64,000 bases of DNA, taken from positions 60,653 to 124,652 of IMG/VR virus record IMGVR_UViG_3300020170_000001, one strand, 5' to 3'. The notes beneath the pieces are model-generated. The model did no database searches. It saw nothing but the letters and a program-made list of their open reading frames with translations, and was not told where the DNA came from. This document shows positions 36,566 to 46,307 of the stretch, one piece after another; the first letter of the stretch is position 1, and the number at the start of each line of letters is the position of its first letter. This DNA comes from a virus. A program made the translations under genes and the position numbers.

Positions 36566-39410
36566 TGGTCAAGTCCTCACATTCGTCCGCGCAGCGCGGG
36601 CAGAGTTCCGGGCTGTACGGCTTGTCGAGCAGGGTGATCGGAATCCCGAGCCCGCAGCTGCGGCAGTTGGGGCGCAGGAAGTCGTTCTGCTGGCGATCGG
36701 TGGCGACGAAGACGTCGACGCGGTTGGCGACGTGTTTGGCGTAGGGCAGCCAGGATTGCTTGCCCATGAGGGCGGCGGCGATGTTGTACGGATTGGGGCG
36801 GCCGTGCACGAGCATCCGGAGAATGAGCCGGTGGCCGTCGGGTTTTAGCCAGAGGTCGGTGACGTAGTCCTTGGCGTTGACGATCTCGCTAGCCGGCGCG
36901 AAGTAGCCGCCCTCGACCTTGAGTCGCATGTCGATGGAGTCTTGGCTGGCCCACCACTGAAGGCGTTGCTGCGCTGTGTCGAGGTCGGTGTCGATCTCGA
37001 CGTCGAAGAAGGTGAGGTCGACGTCGGAGCGGATGGTGACCGCGTCGACGGGATGCCGTTGCCACTCGGCAATGTGCATGCGACCTTCGAGGAACTGGTC
37101 TATGTTGCGGACGTAGGCGACGATCTGGGTGTCGGTCATGGCCCGGGTGAAGGCGAACTCGACGTAGTCGATGCCGGCCGTCCAGTCCCGGTATTTGACT
37201 TCGTCGCTGGCGAAGCGGATCGACCGTTTCGCGATGCCGTGGTCGAGACCGAGGCGGGTCTGTGCGCGGAAGCAGGCACGGCGGAACAGGAATCGCCAGT
37301 GGTCGTTTCCGACGAAACGGTAGGTCGCTGGTTTGCTGATCTTGGCCCGGACCCGGACGACCTGTGACCGCTGGTCTACGCTGTTGATGGCGGCGAGGTC
37401 GATGTCCGCGTCGGTGGCTCGGATGTAACCGGCGCGGTGTTTGAGGTCGGTGTAGTCGCAGGCTCCGCAGGTCTTTCCTTGGCACCTCTCATCGCAGCGG
37501 GCGATCCACTCTGATCCGTGGTAGGTGCTGTCGAAGTTCAAATCGTAGGAGTGGCTGTCGGTGACTTCGGCGAATTCGCGCATCTGCACGTAGGTGGACC
37601 AGAGCAGCTCCGTGCTGACGCCAGTGTCGATGAATTCCCAACCGAAGATGTCGTGTTTGAGGCGTTCGTCGAAACAGTCGGCGTATCCGTTATCGAAACC
37701 CCAGATACGCAGCTTCTTCTCGATGGTTTCTTTGAATGTGCGAGGCACGCCGCCCCAGCATGCCTGATCGACGTCCAGCATGGCATCCAAGAGGGCTTCT
37801 CCGACGTCCCGGCTCGCGCGTTGGCAGAGCTGGAAAAAGGCCAGCTTGTCCTCTGCGGCCTTGGCTCCAAGCTTGAAGTCGATTTTCAGGTCACGAAATT
37901 CCTCCCAGACGTCGCCGAGGATCCGGTTGGCTGGCTGAGGCGCGAACCACTGAAGTGGAGTGTTTGCCTCAATGAGCAGTGGTGTCCAGGAGAACTGGAT
38001 TCGAACATTCGACTGCCCCATGGAATCGCGGATGTCAGCGAGATCTTTAGCGAGCTTGAGGATTCTGTAGACGTCGCCTTCGTCTTCGCCAGGGAGGTTC
38101 GTGATCATGTAAAGCTTGAACTTTCGAATCCCCGCTCGGATGCCACGGGTGACAGCCTCTTTGACCTCTGAATCGCTGGTGCCTTTGCCGAGCAAGTCTC
38201 GCATTCGTTGACTTGATCCTTCGACACCAAGACTCACCGAATCCATTCCACCGTGAACCTGGAGAAGAATGAAGGTGTTGTCCGCGGTAAAGTCGTCGAC
38301 CCGCATGCTAGGAGCATCGACTTCATCCGAGACCTTTTCGAGTAACTCGGTGACTAGTCGTCGCCGTTCGGTATACATGGGAAGGTCGGGGCTGAATGGT
38401 GCTATCCGGGTGGAGCCCATGTTGTCCTGCATATTCTTGGCGTAGTCGACGAGGTAGTCGACGGTTCGCTGTCGATACGGTTTCTGCCGGTAGGATAGAG
38501 CGCACATCGAACACCAGGCTGGGCAGCCACGGGCGACCTCGATATCCCCCGTGCCCATCGACGAGTCCGCGAACAGCAGGGGTGGATTGTCCAGAGGAGC
38601 GATGGCGTTGAGGTCTTTGACGTGGCGCTTGCGAAACGGCATGCGCATGCCGTCGATGTCGCTGGTGTAGCCGGTGACCTGTTTGGACGCATGCGGTCCA
38701 ACGCCGACATGGGCCCGATCCTCGTAACCGTAAGATACCTTTACGAATCTTGGGAAATAGAGGAAGTTGAACTCTCGGGCGAGATCGGCGTAGCAACCGA
38801 TTCGATCTGTTGTCCAGCGGCCAAGAGCTTTGAAAGCGCCGATGCGAGCCGTGACGCAGCCGATCCCAGGGTTGCCCGGCTCATCTTCGCACTCGCCAAG
38901 GAACCAGCAATCGACAACCGGCGCGAGGACCTCAGGGGCTCCATAGGAAAGCCCTCCGACCATGACCATCGGGCTGCTGTTGGCATCGCGTTCTTTCCAG
39001 CGGGCGGGGATGCCGGACATGGTGAGCATCTTGATGAACGACATGCTCAGGACCGGGTACGAGATCGAGGTGGCGATGACGTCGAAGTCGGTTGTCGGGT
39101 GTTTGCTCTCGATACCGAAGACGGGGATGTCGTTCTTCTCCAGCATCCGCAGATCCGCGGGGGTTGCTGGCAGGTAGAAGCGGTCGCAGAGGAAGGCGGG
39201 GTTCACGTCGTGGATCGCTTTGTAGACGGCGGGGATGGATTGGTTCCCGGCGGCGGCCTCGTAGGGCCAGGAGGCCATGAGGCACCAGCGCACGGTAGCG
39301 GTGTCCCAGTCCCGGCGGACCGCGTTCGGCTCGGTTCCAAAGTACTGGACGGCCAGATCTAGCCGGTGCGCATTGGCGTCGAGCCAGGCCTGGATGCGGG
39401 CCGGCGTCAT
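36555..39410 (-). CDS. Large radical SAM protein (TIGR03960-like with DUF2344-like C-terminus)
   Basis: EVARGCPAWCSMC (CxxxCxxC), GVEGSSQRMR, FKLYMITNLPGE, CDERC..C..C and YRFVGNDHWRFLFRRA. Confidence 0.85.
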   Translation of the reverse strand: MTPARIQAWLDANAHRLDLAVQYFGTEPNAVRRDWDTATVRWCLMASWPYEAAAGNQSIPAVYKAIHDVNPAFLCDRFYLPATPADLRMLEKNDIPVFGIESKHPTTDFDVIATSISYPVLSMSFIKMLTMSGIPARWKERDANSSPMVMVGGLSYGAPEVLAPVVDCWFLGECEDEPGNPGIGCVTARIGAFKALGRWTTDRIGCYADLAREFNFLYFPRFVKVSYGYEDRAHVGVGPHASKQVTGYTSDIDGMRMPFRKRHVKDLNAIAPLDNPPLLFADSSMGTGDIEVARGCPAWCSMCALSYRQKPYRQRTVDYLVDYAKNMQDNMGSTRIAPFSPDLPMYTERRRLVTELLEKVSDEVDAPSMRVDDFTADNTFILLQVHGGMDSVSLGVEGSSQRMRDLLGKGTSDSEVKEAVTRGIRAGIRKFKLYMITNLPGEDEGDVYRILKLAKDLADIRDSMGQSNVRIQFSWTPLLIEANTPLQWFAPQPANRILGDVWEEFRDLKIDFKLGAKAAEDKLAFFQLCQRASRDVGEALLDAMLDVDQACWGGVPRTFKETIEKKLRIWGFDNGYADCFDERLKHDIFGWEFIDTGVSTELLWSTYVQMREFAEVTDSHSYDLNFDSTYHGSEWIARCDERCQGKTCGACDYTDLKHRAGYIRATDADIDLAAINSVDQRSQVVRVRAKISKPATYRFVGNDHWRFLFRRACFRAQTRLGLDHGIAKRSIRFASDEVKYRDWTAGIDYVEFAFTRAMTDTQIVAYVRNIDQFLEGRMHIAEWQRHPVDAVTIRSDVDLTFFDVEIDTDLDTAQQRLQWWASQDSIDMRLKVEGGYFAPASEIVNAKDYVTDLWLKPDGHRLILRMLVHGRPNPYNIAAALMGKQSWLPYAKHVANRVDVFVATDRQQNDFLRPNCRSCGLGIPITLLDKPYSPELCPRCADECEDLTNGS

Positions 39411-39424
39411 GTGTCCACAGCCCG

Positions 39425-39700
39425 TTACTGCCAGGTCCAGCGCATGAGGCTGTCGGAGGGGTTGCCGGACTTCGCGGCGACGAATTTGTTGAGCCGGCGG
39501 ACATCCCAGATGCCGTCGAGCGGCCACTGGCGTAACTCGTCGAGGGCGCTGTTGGCGATGACGGCGTTGGTGTACGGGCCCCAGATGCCCTTGATGTCGG
39601 TCTCGGTGTCGTCGGTGAACAGGACCAGAACGTGAAAGTCAGGGGCGGGCGGGGGTGTGTCGAAGATGGCCGCGATGCCGGGGTGTCCGAAGGTCGTCAC
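39425..39700 (-). CDS. Hypothetical protein
   Basis: 91 aa, GC3-biased. Confidence 0.6.
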   Translation of the reverse strand: MTTFGHPGIAAIFDTPPPAPDFHVLVLFTDDTETDIKGIWGPYTNAVIANSALDELRQWPLDGIWDVRRLNKFVAAKSGNPSDSLMRWTWQ

Positions 39701-39933
39701 GGCTTCTCTACCGGCAAGCCGCCGCGGCATTCCTCTTTGTCACTCGAACGGGATATACCCCGGGCCGTCAAGTGAATGACGGTAGCCGGGGCACCCCTGA
39801 GTGACGCGGCACTGCCGCGTTTTAACAACGCCGACCCCTTGGTGCAGGGCCCGACAGGGTGCGTCGCGCGCCTTGTCTGGGTCGAGGTTAGAACGAGACG
39901 GTGATCGTTTCCAGGAGGTCCCCCGAAAGATTC

Positions 39934-40572
39934 TCATCCCCGGCTTACCTTGGTAACGCCGTCGATGAGCCGGAGCCGGTAGACGATGTCGGCTGCCTCC
40001 AGGAAGGACTCGTCGTGGGTGACCAGGACGATCTGCACGCCGGTCTTGGTCACCAGGTCCTTGAGGAATTCGATGAGCCGCGGGAGGTAGTCGGCGCTGA
40101 CGTGGGCGAAAGTCTCGTCGAGGAACAACACGGTGTCCTGACGTTGCCGCGACAGCAGGAGGATGACCAGGCGCAGCAGGAAGCCGACGGTGGCGGCCAG
40201 GCCTCCCCCGCGGGCGGTCATCACGTCGGTCTCGACGACGGAGCCGTCACCGAGGACGGAGCGCACGACGAAGTCGACGACGGGAGTCTTGGCGCGCACG
40301 CCGGGAACGAGATGGAAGGTCAGGCCGTCGTCGAAGATGGTCTGCAGGCCCTGGGTGACGAGCGTTTCGATCTGCCGCTGGGCCTTTTCCTGGCGCTCCT
40401 CGCCGATGGCGGTCAGCACGTAGGCGGCCTTCTCGTGCAGGTCGACGACCTGGTTGAGGCCGGCGATCTCGGTGAGGATGGCCTTGCCGCGGGCGGCTAG
40501 GGCGAACGCTTCGCCGCGTTGCCGGTCGAGAGTGCGGCGGGTGCGGGCGAGCCGGGTGTCAAGGTCGATCAT
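39934..40572 (-). CDS. Rad50/SbcC-like ATPase, C-terminal half
   Basis: Coiled coil, signature-like RGGG, Walker B FLDE and H-loop VTHD; no Walker A. Confidence 0.85.
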   Translation of the reverse strand: MIDLDTRLARTRRTLDRQRGEAFALAARGKAILTEIAGLNQVVDLHEKAAYVLTAIGEERQEKAQRQIETLVTQGLQTIFDDGLTFHLVPGVRAKTPVVDFVVRSVLGDGSVVETDVMTARGGGLAATVGFLLRLVILLLSRQRQDTVLFLDETFAHVSADYLPRLIEFLKDLVTKTGVQIVLVTHDESFLEAADIVYRLRLIDGVTKVSRG

Positions 40573-40994
40573 TCGAATTCGTCCCCCCATCGCTTCTCGA
40601 TGAGCTTGGGCAACTCGGAAGGGGGGGCGAAGATCCGGATTACATCCTCGGGAGCGCGATACTGCGGATCGACGTCGTCAACGCGAAAGATCTGCCCGGC
40701 GGCACGGTTGCAGTCGGACCAGGCACTGACAGCGTCCGATAGGCCGTAATGATCAGCGCCAAAGACTTCGACCGCCACGAGGGTAAGGGGCACGAGGGCC
40801 TCTTCTCGGCCCCCTGCGGCTTCGCCAAGCTTGTCGCTAAGCTGCTTCATTGCCTCGACCTTGTTCAGGATTTCTGAGCGATGCTCACCGCATGCTGCAA
40901 CAGTTCCTGACGGCAGGTGGGTAATCCGAACTAGGCATTGGTCACCTCGCAGCCCTGCACGAAACACGTCGACTCGGAGGTCATCGGCGTTCAC
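40569..40994 (-). CDS. Protein with degenerate class I release-factor (RF-1) domain
   Basis: DDLRVDVFRA-GLRGDQ-CLVRITHLPSGTVAACGEHRSEILNKVEAMKQL. Confidence 0.7.
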   Translation of the reverse strand: MNADDLRVDVFRAGLRGDQCLVRITHLPSGTVAACGEHRSEILNKVEAMKQLSDKLGEAAGGREEALVPLTLVAVEVFGADHYGLSDAVSAWSDCNRAAGQIFRVDDVDPQYRAPEDVIRIFAPPSELPKLIEKRWGDEFE

Positions 40995-42181
40995 TGGCCG
41001 AGCCAATCTGCGTTCATCTGGTTCACGACGCCGACACTCCCGGTGGTGGGGTGCCTAAGGAGGAGCGGGGTGCGGCGGGTTTTGGTGTCATCCCCAAGTT
41101 TGAATCTGCAGGTCGTATCGCCGTAGGTGTTGATCATGTCGGTCAGGTACCGGTGGTTGACCATGACGGTGCGGGAGTTGCCGGAGAAGACAGCGTCAAT
41201 GGTTTCGCTAGCCGTATTCTTGAACTTGTCTCTCGCGGCGACGATCAGCGTGTTGTTTTCCAGGGTCAGGGCGATTGCAGAGGATTCGACGTCGGCGTTG
41301 ATGCGGATGCGGCGGATGGCGTCGAGCAGTTCGGCGCGGTCGCATTCGAGGGTGTGCCTGTTTTCCAGCGCGGGCCGCAGCATGGTTGATTCCATGTCCG
41401 GGAATTGAGCGTAGAACTTGCTGACGATGTAGACATCGGAGCCGAATCGGAAGATGCACTTGTCTTGTGACTGGCCGACGTCGATTGTGTCGAGATCCGT
41501 GATTTTGATGAGGCGCAGGAGGTCGTCGACGGCGCTGATCGGGATGCGAAGGTTGATCGGGAAATCGCTGATTCGGGTCTGCTGGAAGCGTGGGCCGTCG
41601 CAGGCGGTCAGTTTTCCGTCGCGGATGTCGATGATGTTGAGGTTCGCGCGGGAGGGGTCGCGGCTGGCTGCGTAGCGGACGGCGATGATCGCGGCGGCGA
41701 AGACTTTCCGGTCGACGGAGGTGAACTCGGCTTCTGTGATGGCCGGCATGGGCGGGTAGTCGTCGCCGCCCTGCAACTGCAGCGTCCACGATGCTCGGCC
41801 GATCTGGATTCGCGCGGTGGTGCCCTTGACATTGATGCTGACCAGGGCATCTTCGGCGGTCTTGACGATGTCGAGGAGCTTCTTGGCGGGGAACACCGCA
41901 ACGCCGGGCTGGCTGACCGACACCATGGGGGTGGAGGCGATCAGGCTCATTTCCACATCGCTGGCGATGACCCGGAGCCGTTGCGGATCGAGCTGAAACT
42001 GGAAGCATTTGAGCACCGGCATAACGTCGCGGGTCGGTACGACGGTGATTGCCTTTTCCAGCAGGACCTGGAGGACGAATTTCTTGATCTCGAACGCCAT
42101 CACCCAGCGGACTTCGGGCTCGGCAACGTCCTGGATGTCGTCGGCCATGATGGCGGCGAGCAAGTCAGTCGCATTCGTCAT
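40991..42181 (-). CDS. dnaN: DNA polymerase III beta sliding clamp
   Basis: PVLKCF, ASDVEMS, DDYPPMP, ACDGPR, QFPD and NHRYLTD. Confidence 0.92.
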   Translation of the reverse strand: MTNATDLLAAIMADDIQDVAEPEVRWVMAFEIKKFVLQVLLEKAITVVPTRDVMPVLKCFQFQLDPQRLRVIASDVEMSLIASTPMVSVSQPGVAVFPAKKLLDIVKTAEDALVSINVKGTTARIQIGRASWTLQLQGGDDYPPMPAITEAEFTSVDRKVFAAAIIAVRYAASRDPSRANLNIIDIRDGKLTACDGPRFQQTRISDFPINLRIPISAVDDLLRLIKITDLDTIDVGQSQDKCIFRFGSDVYIVSKFYAQFPDMESTMLRPALENRHTLECDRAELLDAIRRIRINADVESSAIALTLENNTLIVAARDKFKNTASETIDAVFSGNSRTVMVNHRYLTDMINTYGDTTCRFKLGDDTKTRRTPLLLRHPTTGSVGVVNQMNADWLGQ

Positions 42182-42183
42182 GC

Positions 42184-42429
42184 CTAGATTCCGATCTGGT
42201 CGAGTTTTGCGGAGATGTCGGCGACTGTGGCCTCCAACTCGCGGCGCAGATCGGTGAGCCTGGCCGCTGCTTCCTCGATGGTGCTGACGTCATAGTCGCG
42301 GTGCAGTTCAGCGTGGGCGTTGTCGTAGGCAGCCTGGGCGGCGTCGCGTGCTCCTTCGGCGCGGCTGCGCTCCCGCTGGGCGGTGGCGAGGCGCTGCTGA
42401 AGGGCGACGACGTCTTCTGCGAGGGTCAC
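42184..42429 (-). CDS. Coiled-coil protein (possible middle segment of the split Rad50)
   Basis: 81 aa, heptad-rich. Confidence 0.6.
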   Translation of the reverse strand: MTLAEDVVALQQRLATAQRERSRAEGARDAAQAAYDNAHAELHRDYDVSTIEEAAARLTDLRRELEATVADISAKLDQIGI

Positions 42430-42611
42430 TAGGAGTCTCTCTCTGCAGGAAGCCCCCAGCCGGGACACGGGGGCTGGGGCCATTGGTATTCGACGGCGTG
42501 GACGGTGTCGTCCACGAAGACGTCGCGCTGGCGGTGGAATACGACGGTTCCGTTGCGGACACGGAAGTCGCGGCTGCAGAACCGGCAGGTTCCCCGCGGT
42601 TTCTCTGTCAT
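42429..42611 (-). CDS. Small Cys/His protein
   Basis: MTEKPRGTCRFC..H..CPG; RBS GAGGAGG. Confidence 0.6.
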   Translation of the reverse strand: MTEKPRGTCRFCSRDFRVRNGTVVFHRQRDVFVDDTVHAVEYQWPQPPCPGWGLPAERDS

Positions 42612-42919
42612 GCCCTCCTCCGACCAGGTTCGGCCCAGCCGTTCGGTGGACTGAGGAGCACCCACAACCAGCACTCGCCTGTGGTGGTGCTCATCGTCGG
42701 TATTTCCAGGCGCTCAGGGGAACCGTCGTCATCGGTCACTACTTCAGCGCTCAGGCCGAGCAGGTACACACGCTGCTGCTGGGTCCCATCTGGCCACCAG
42801 CGGGCAACGTCGTCATCTGTCAGAGGTCGACGCACACCGCGGCGCATGCTCCACGGCCACCGTTGCCACGGCCCCGGCGCTCCCAGACAGGCGGTGCAAC
42901 CGCAAGGCTTCTCGGTCAT
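42608..42919 (-). CDS. Hypothetical protein
   Basis: MTEKPCGCTAC at an ATGA overlap. Confidence 0.55.
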   Translation of the reverse strand: MTEKPCGCTACLGAPGPWQRWPWSMRRGVRRPLTDDDVARWWPDGTQQQRVYLLGLSAEVVTDDDGSPERLEIPTMSTTTGECWLWVLLSPPNGWAEPGRRRA

Positions 42920-43761
42920 ACCGTTTCTCCGGCGGCGGCGGAACGAAGGCCGGTGGCGAGCTCGCCGAAGGCGTCGATGCTGGGCTGCTGGAATCGGCTG
43001 CAGGCGTGCCGGACGTCGCAGAAGTGGCAGGTGGCGGTGTTGTCCGTGCACTGGCGGGTGCCGGCCCAGACGTCCTGGGCGTATCGCTCGATGCGCGCCA
43101 GCAGATCCCAGCGAGCGGTGTCGGTGACTTCGAACGCGAGGATCTGTTCGGCACACATCGGCTGGATGAGGCCGACGAAGCGGGTCTTTGTTCCGCTCGC
43201 GGCCCACACAGCGATGTCGTAGAACGTGAGCTGAGCTATCACCTTTCGCCAGTATTGGTCGTCGGCGGTGCCCTTGAGGTCCCAGACGACCGGACCGCCG
43301 TTGTCAACGAGCAGGTCCATCTCGCCAGTGAGCAGGATGTCTCGGGGCAGGCCGTTACGGTCGGCGACGGACAGCGGCACCTTGAACCACTTGCCGTGCT
43401 CGTAGGGGTACGGGAGAACGTGAGCTTCGAGAATGGGTTCGAGGCGGTCGACCAACTCGACACAGAAGTCGCGGACCCGGTCTCGGTCGACGGCGTCGCG
43501 CCAGCGAACCATGTTTCCCTTTCCGCGCTCGGCGTTCTCCATTTCGTCCATTGCCACGGTGACGAGCCTTCGACTTCCCGCGCCGCGCATGATCGGGTTG
43601 TCCAACCAGTCGCGCATGACCCGGTCGACAACCATCCCGGCGAAGAAATTGCGAATATTGGTCACTTTGGACCGCTTACCGTCGCGCTGGAGGAAGCTCT
43701 TCTCCTTACATTCCTCCCAGGTCCTAATCGCAGACCAGCTGACCCGAATCGGCTTAGTCAT
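42916..43761 (-). CDS. RecB/Cas4-like PD-(D/E)xK exonuclease
   Basis: SWSAI..C, GEMDL, DLKG, QLTFY and CHFCDVRHAC. Confidence 0.88.
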   Translation of the reverse strand: MTKPIRVSWSAIRTWEECKEKSFLQRDGKRSKVTNIRNFFAGMVVDRVMRDWLDNPIMRGAGSRRLVTVAMDEMENAERGKGNMVRWRDAVDRDRVRDFCVELVDRLEPILEAHVLPYPYEHGKWFKVPLSVADRNGLPRDILLTGEMDLLVDNGGPVVWDLKGTADDQYWRKVIAQLTFYDIAVWAASGTKTRFVGLIQPMCAEQILAFEVTDTARWDLLARIERYAQDVWAGTRQCTDNTATCHFCDVRHACSRFQQPSIDAFGELATGLRSAAAGETV

Positions 43762-44014
43762 CGCGAGCCGCCCGATTGCCGGGCCACTGCCCGGCGACGT
43801 TTCCGGGACGGCGGATGTCGGAGGGGCAGGCGATCAACTCGTAGGCGGTGAAGGTGCCGTCGCTCACGATCACCGGCTGGTGGCCGGTAAAGCAGATGCC
43901 CCACAACTGGCGCAGGGCTTGCCATTCCGGCTGGGCGTCACAGAACTTGCACTCGCCGGGAGCATGCAAGATCGCCGGATCGCAATGCGGCGCGGTCATC
44001 TCGTCGAGAGTCAT
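43754..44014 (-). CDS. Small Cys-rich protein
   Basis: PHCDPAILHAPGECKFCD; ATGA overlap. Confidence 0.6.
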   Translation of the reverse strand: MTLDEMTAPHCDPAILHAPGECKFCDAQPEWQALRQLWGICFTGHQPVIVSDGTFTAYELIACPSDIRRPGNVAGQWPGNRAARDD

Positions 44015-44964
44015 ACCGATTCCAGGAGCTTCTCGATCACGGCGACCAGGGCCAGATCCTGTTGGGTCTCGCGCACATGGGCCAGCACAGTGTCCGTACT
44101 GGACATGTCCAGCCGCGTGGCCTGGACGGAATCGAGGAAGTGGCTCAGGTTGAGCCTGGCGGCTTTGGCCGCAGTGGCCTCCTGGAGGCGGAAGACTTCG
44201 CTGGCGGATTTGGCGTTGAGCTCCTGATGGGTAATCTCGCCGGTCTGGGAGTTCCAGATCGCCACGGCCGGCACGCGAGTGAGGTTGTGCTCGTGCAAGC
44301 TGCCGCGAGACAGAGCGCCGCAGTTGGAGAAGGTGACCCCGTCGACCTGGTAGATGCCGTGCGGCTCGTGGACGTGGCCGTAGTGGACCGTGCCGCGGCT
44401 CCCCATCGCCTTCGCCCACAGCCTGGCTGGGAAGTTCTCGAACTTCAACTCCTGGCCCGGCGGGTAGAGCGGAGCATGGGTGACCACCAGTCGGTGGGGG
44501 TCGGGGGTTTGATCGTCGCGGTAGCCGGCAAGGGCATCGGTGACGTTGGCGTCGTCGAAGGTCATCAGCCAGGGCACCCCGTAGACGGGGCTGCCGTCGG
44601 CGTCCTCCATCCACCCATCGAGTAGTTCGATCGCGCCCGAGGCGCAGGCGACGCCGAGGGGTTGGGTCTCGCGGAGCGAGGCGAGGCGGTCGTGGGAAAG
44701 ATCATGGTTTCCGGCAACTGCATAGATGGGTACCAACGCCTGCCGAGCCCAGTCGATCAACCTCAGAACCGTGCCGTGACTCGTTCGCGACGGTGTCTTG
44801 TGATGGAAGATGTCACCCGCAAGGATGACGCTCCCGTCACGCGATCGGGCGAGTTCCGCAGCCTGCTCCAGGAGGTCGAACAGGTCGTCGAGGTACGTGT
44901 CTGTGCAGCTAGCGGGGGCGCGATCGCTCAGATGAGCGTCATTGATCAGTACGTACTCACTCAC
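44011..44964 (-). CDS. Mre11/SbcD-like metallophosphoesterase
   Basis: DAH, GDIFH, GNHD, TH and GHVH. Confidence 0.9.
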   Translation of the reverse strand: MSEYVLINDAHLSDRAPASCTDTYLDDLFDLLEQAAELARSRDGSVILAGDIFHHKTPSRTSHGTVLRLIDWARQALVPIYAVAGNHDLSHDRLASLRETQPLGVACASGAIELLDGWMEDADGSPVYGVPWLMTFDDANVTDALAGYRDDQTPDPHRLVVTHAPLYPPGQELKFENFPARLWAKAMGSRGTVHYGHVHEPHGIYQVDGVTFSNCGALSRGSLHEHNLTRVPAVAIWNSQTGEITHQELNAKSASEVFRLQEATAAKAARLNLSHFLDSVQATRLDMSSTDTVLAHVRETQQDLALVAVIEKLLESV

Positions 44965-45029
44965 GCTGCCTATACCGGCGGCGGAGGGGCTGGTTACGCT
45001 TGCCGCTCGCAAATACCCCGGTAGGAGCC

Positions 45030-45698
45030 ATGCCCGATAACTACGTGTTCCCCGCCCACAAGATCCCCAACTCCACCCGTGACATCAGCGCCGACGTGCT
45101 CGACGCGAACGGGCGGATGCGAGTGCTTCCAGCGAGCTTCTGGGCGGCAACGACCCGCTATGAGCGGGCCAAGTTCGGCCACCTGAACGGGATCTACAGC
45201 TTCCCGACGATCGAGTTGGTGGAGCTCCTCAGGGATCGGATCGCTGGTCGGAAGGCTATCGAGATCGGCGCAGGTCACGGCGTGCTCGCCGAGGCGCTCG
45301 GCATCCCGGCGACCGACAGCAAGCAGCAGGAACAGCCGAAGTACGCGGCAATATACAAGGCCGTCAACCAGCCAACAATTCGCTATGGCGACAACGTGAT
45401 CGAGATGCCGGCCAGCCGAGCCGTCCGCATACACCGGCCGGAGGTGGTCATCGGCTGCTGGGTCACCTACAAGTGGCGTAGGGACCGGCACCTGGCTGGC
45501 GGGAACGAGAAGGGGATCGACGAGGAAGAGGTGCTAAGGGGCTGTCAGGAATACATCTTCATTGGCAACGAGAAGGCGCACCAGGCCAAACCGATCCTGC
45601 AGCTTGAACACACCACCGAGTACCCCACGTTCGTGTACTCCCGCAGCCATCACGAAGCCCGGGAGTTCATCGCGACCTGGAGGGGCTCCGGACGTTGA
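45030..45698 (+). CDS. SAM-dependent methyltransferase-like protein
   Basis: AIEIGAGHG motif I; RBS AGGAG. Confidence 0.65.
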   Translation: MPDNYVFPAHKIPNSTRDISADVLDANGRMRVLPASFWAATTRYERAKFGHLNGIYSFPTIELVELLRDRIAGRKAIEIGAGHGVLAEALGIPATDSKQQEQPKYAAIYKAVNQPTIRYGDNVIEMPASRAVRIHRPEVVIGCWVTYKWRRDRHLAGGNEKGIDEEEVLRGCQEYIFIGNEKAHQAKPILQLEHTTEYPTFVYSRSHHEAREFIATWRGSGR

Positions 45699-45705
45699 GC
45701 AGGCC

Positions 45706-45930
45706 ATGAAGCCCAAAAAGGGACACCCCTGCTCAGCCTGGTGCGAGGAGCAGCTGAAAAGCATTGTCGAAAATCTGCGGCTCCGGGGTGAAGTCGACGA
45801 CGATTTCCAGGTCGAGTTCATCGCCCTCCGCGGGTGGTTGGTGTTCATCCCGAAGGGGACCTACACGCTCAAGTGTCGCCACGGTCGCGAGTGGATGCTC
45901 CGCGAAGTCGAAGGTCCTGTTCCGGGGTGA
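45706..45930 (+). CDS. Hypothetical protein
   Basis: CSAWC...CRHG; 74 aa. Confidence 0.55.
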   Translation: MKPKKGHPCSAWCEEQLKSIVENLRLRGEVDDDFQVEFIALRGWLVFIPKGTYTLKCRHGREWMLREVEGPVPG

Positions 45931-46168
45931 GTTCCTGGTCGAGGGGGTAGGGCAGCTTCGACGGGTCGTTCTGGGCAATCGTCAACAGGCTGGCCATGTA
46001 GGCTCGGGCCTCCGTGAAGTCGGTGTGTACCGTGCCGTCCTGGAAGACGATCCGGGCCGTTCCCGGTGTCGGCTTGGAGATATAGCCGAACGCCTCACGG
46101 CCGGTGACCTGCTGAAACTCCAGCTCCATGGCCTTGATCTCGGCGATGAGCCGATCTTCGCTGTTCAT
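45869..46168 (-). CDS. Hypothetical protein
   Basis: Good codon bias; convergent overlap with the previous gene. Confidence 0.5.
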   Translation of the reverse strand: MNSEDRLIAEIKAMELEFQQVTGREAFGYISKPTPGTARIVFQDGTVHTDFTEARAYMASLLTIAQNDPSKLPYPLDQELTPEQDLRLRGASTRDRGDT

Positions 46169-46307
46169 GCCGACATGATGGCCCACGGCTCTCGACGGGT
46201 CGAGTCAAACACCTGATAGGCGGGGTTATCAGTTGCGGGGCTGTCGCGCAGGCCCGGACGCTGCATAGACTCGCCCTCCGGCACGCGACGGGAAGGGTGG
46301 CCCTGGC

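Noticed and set aside
42916-43761. Cas4 as evidence of CRISPR-Cas
   Set aside because: It is a solo RecB/Cas4-like nuclease in a recombination operon, which is common in phages.
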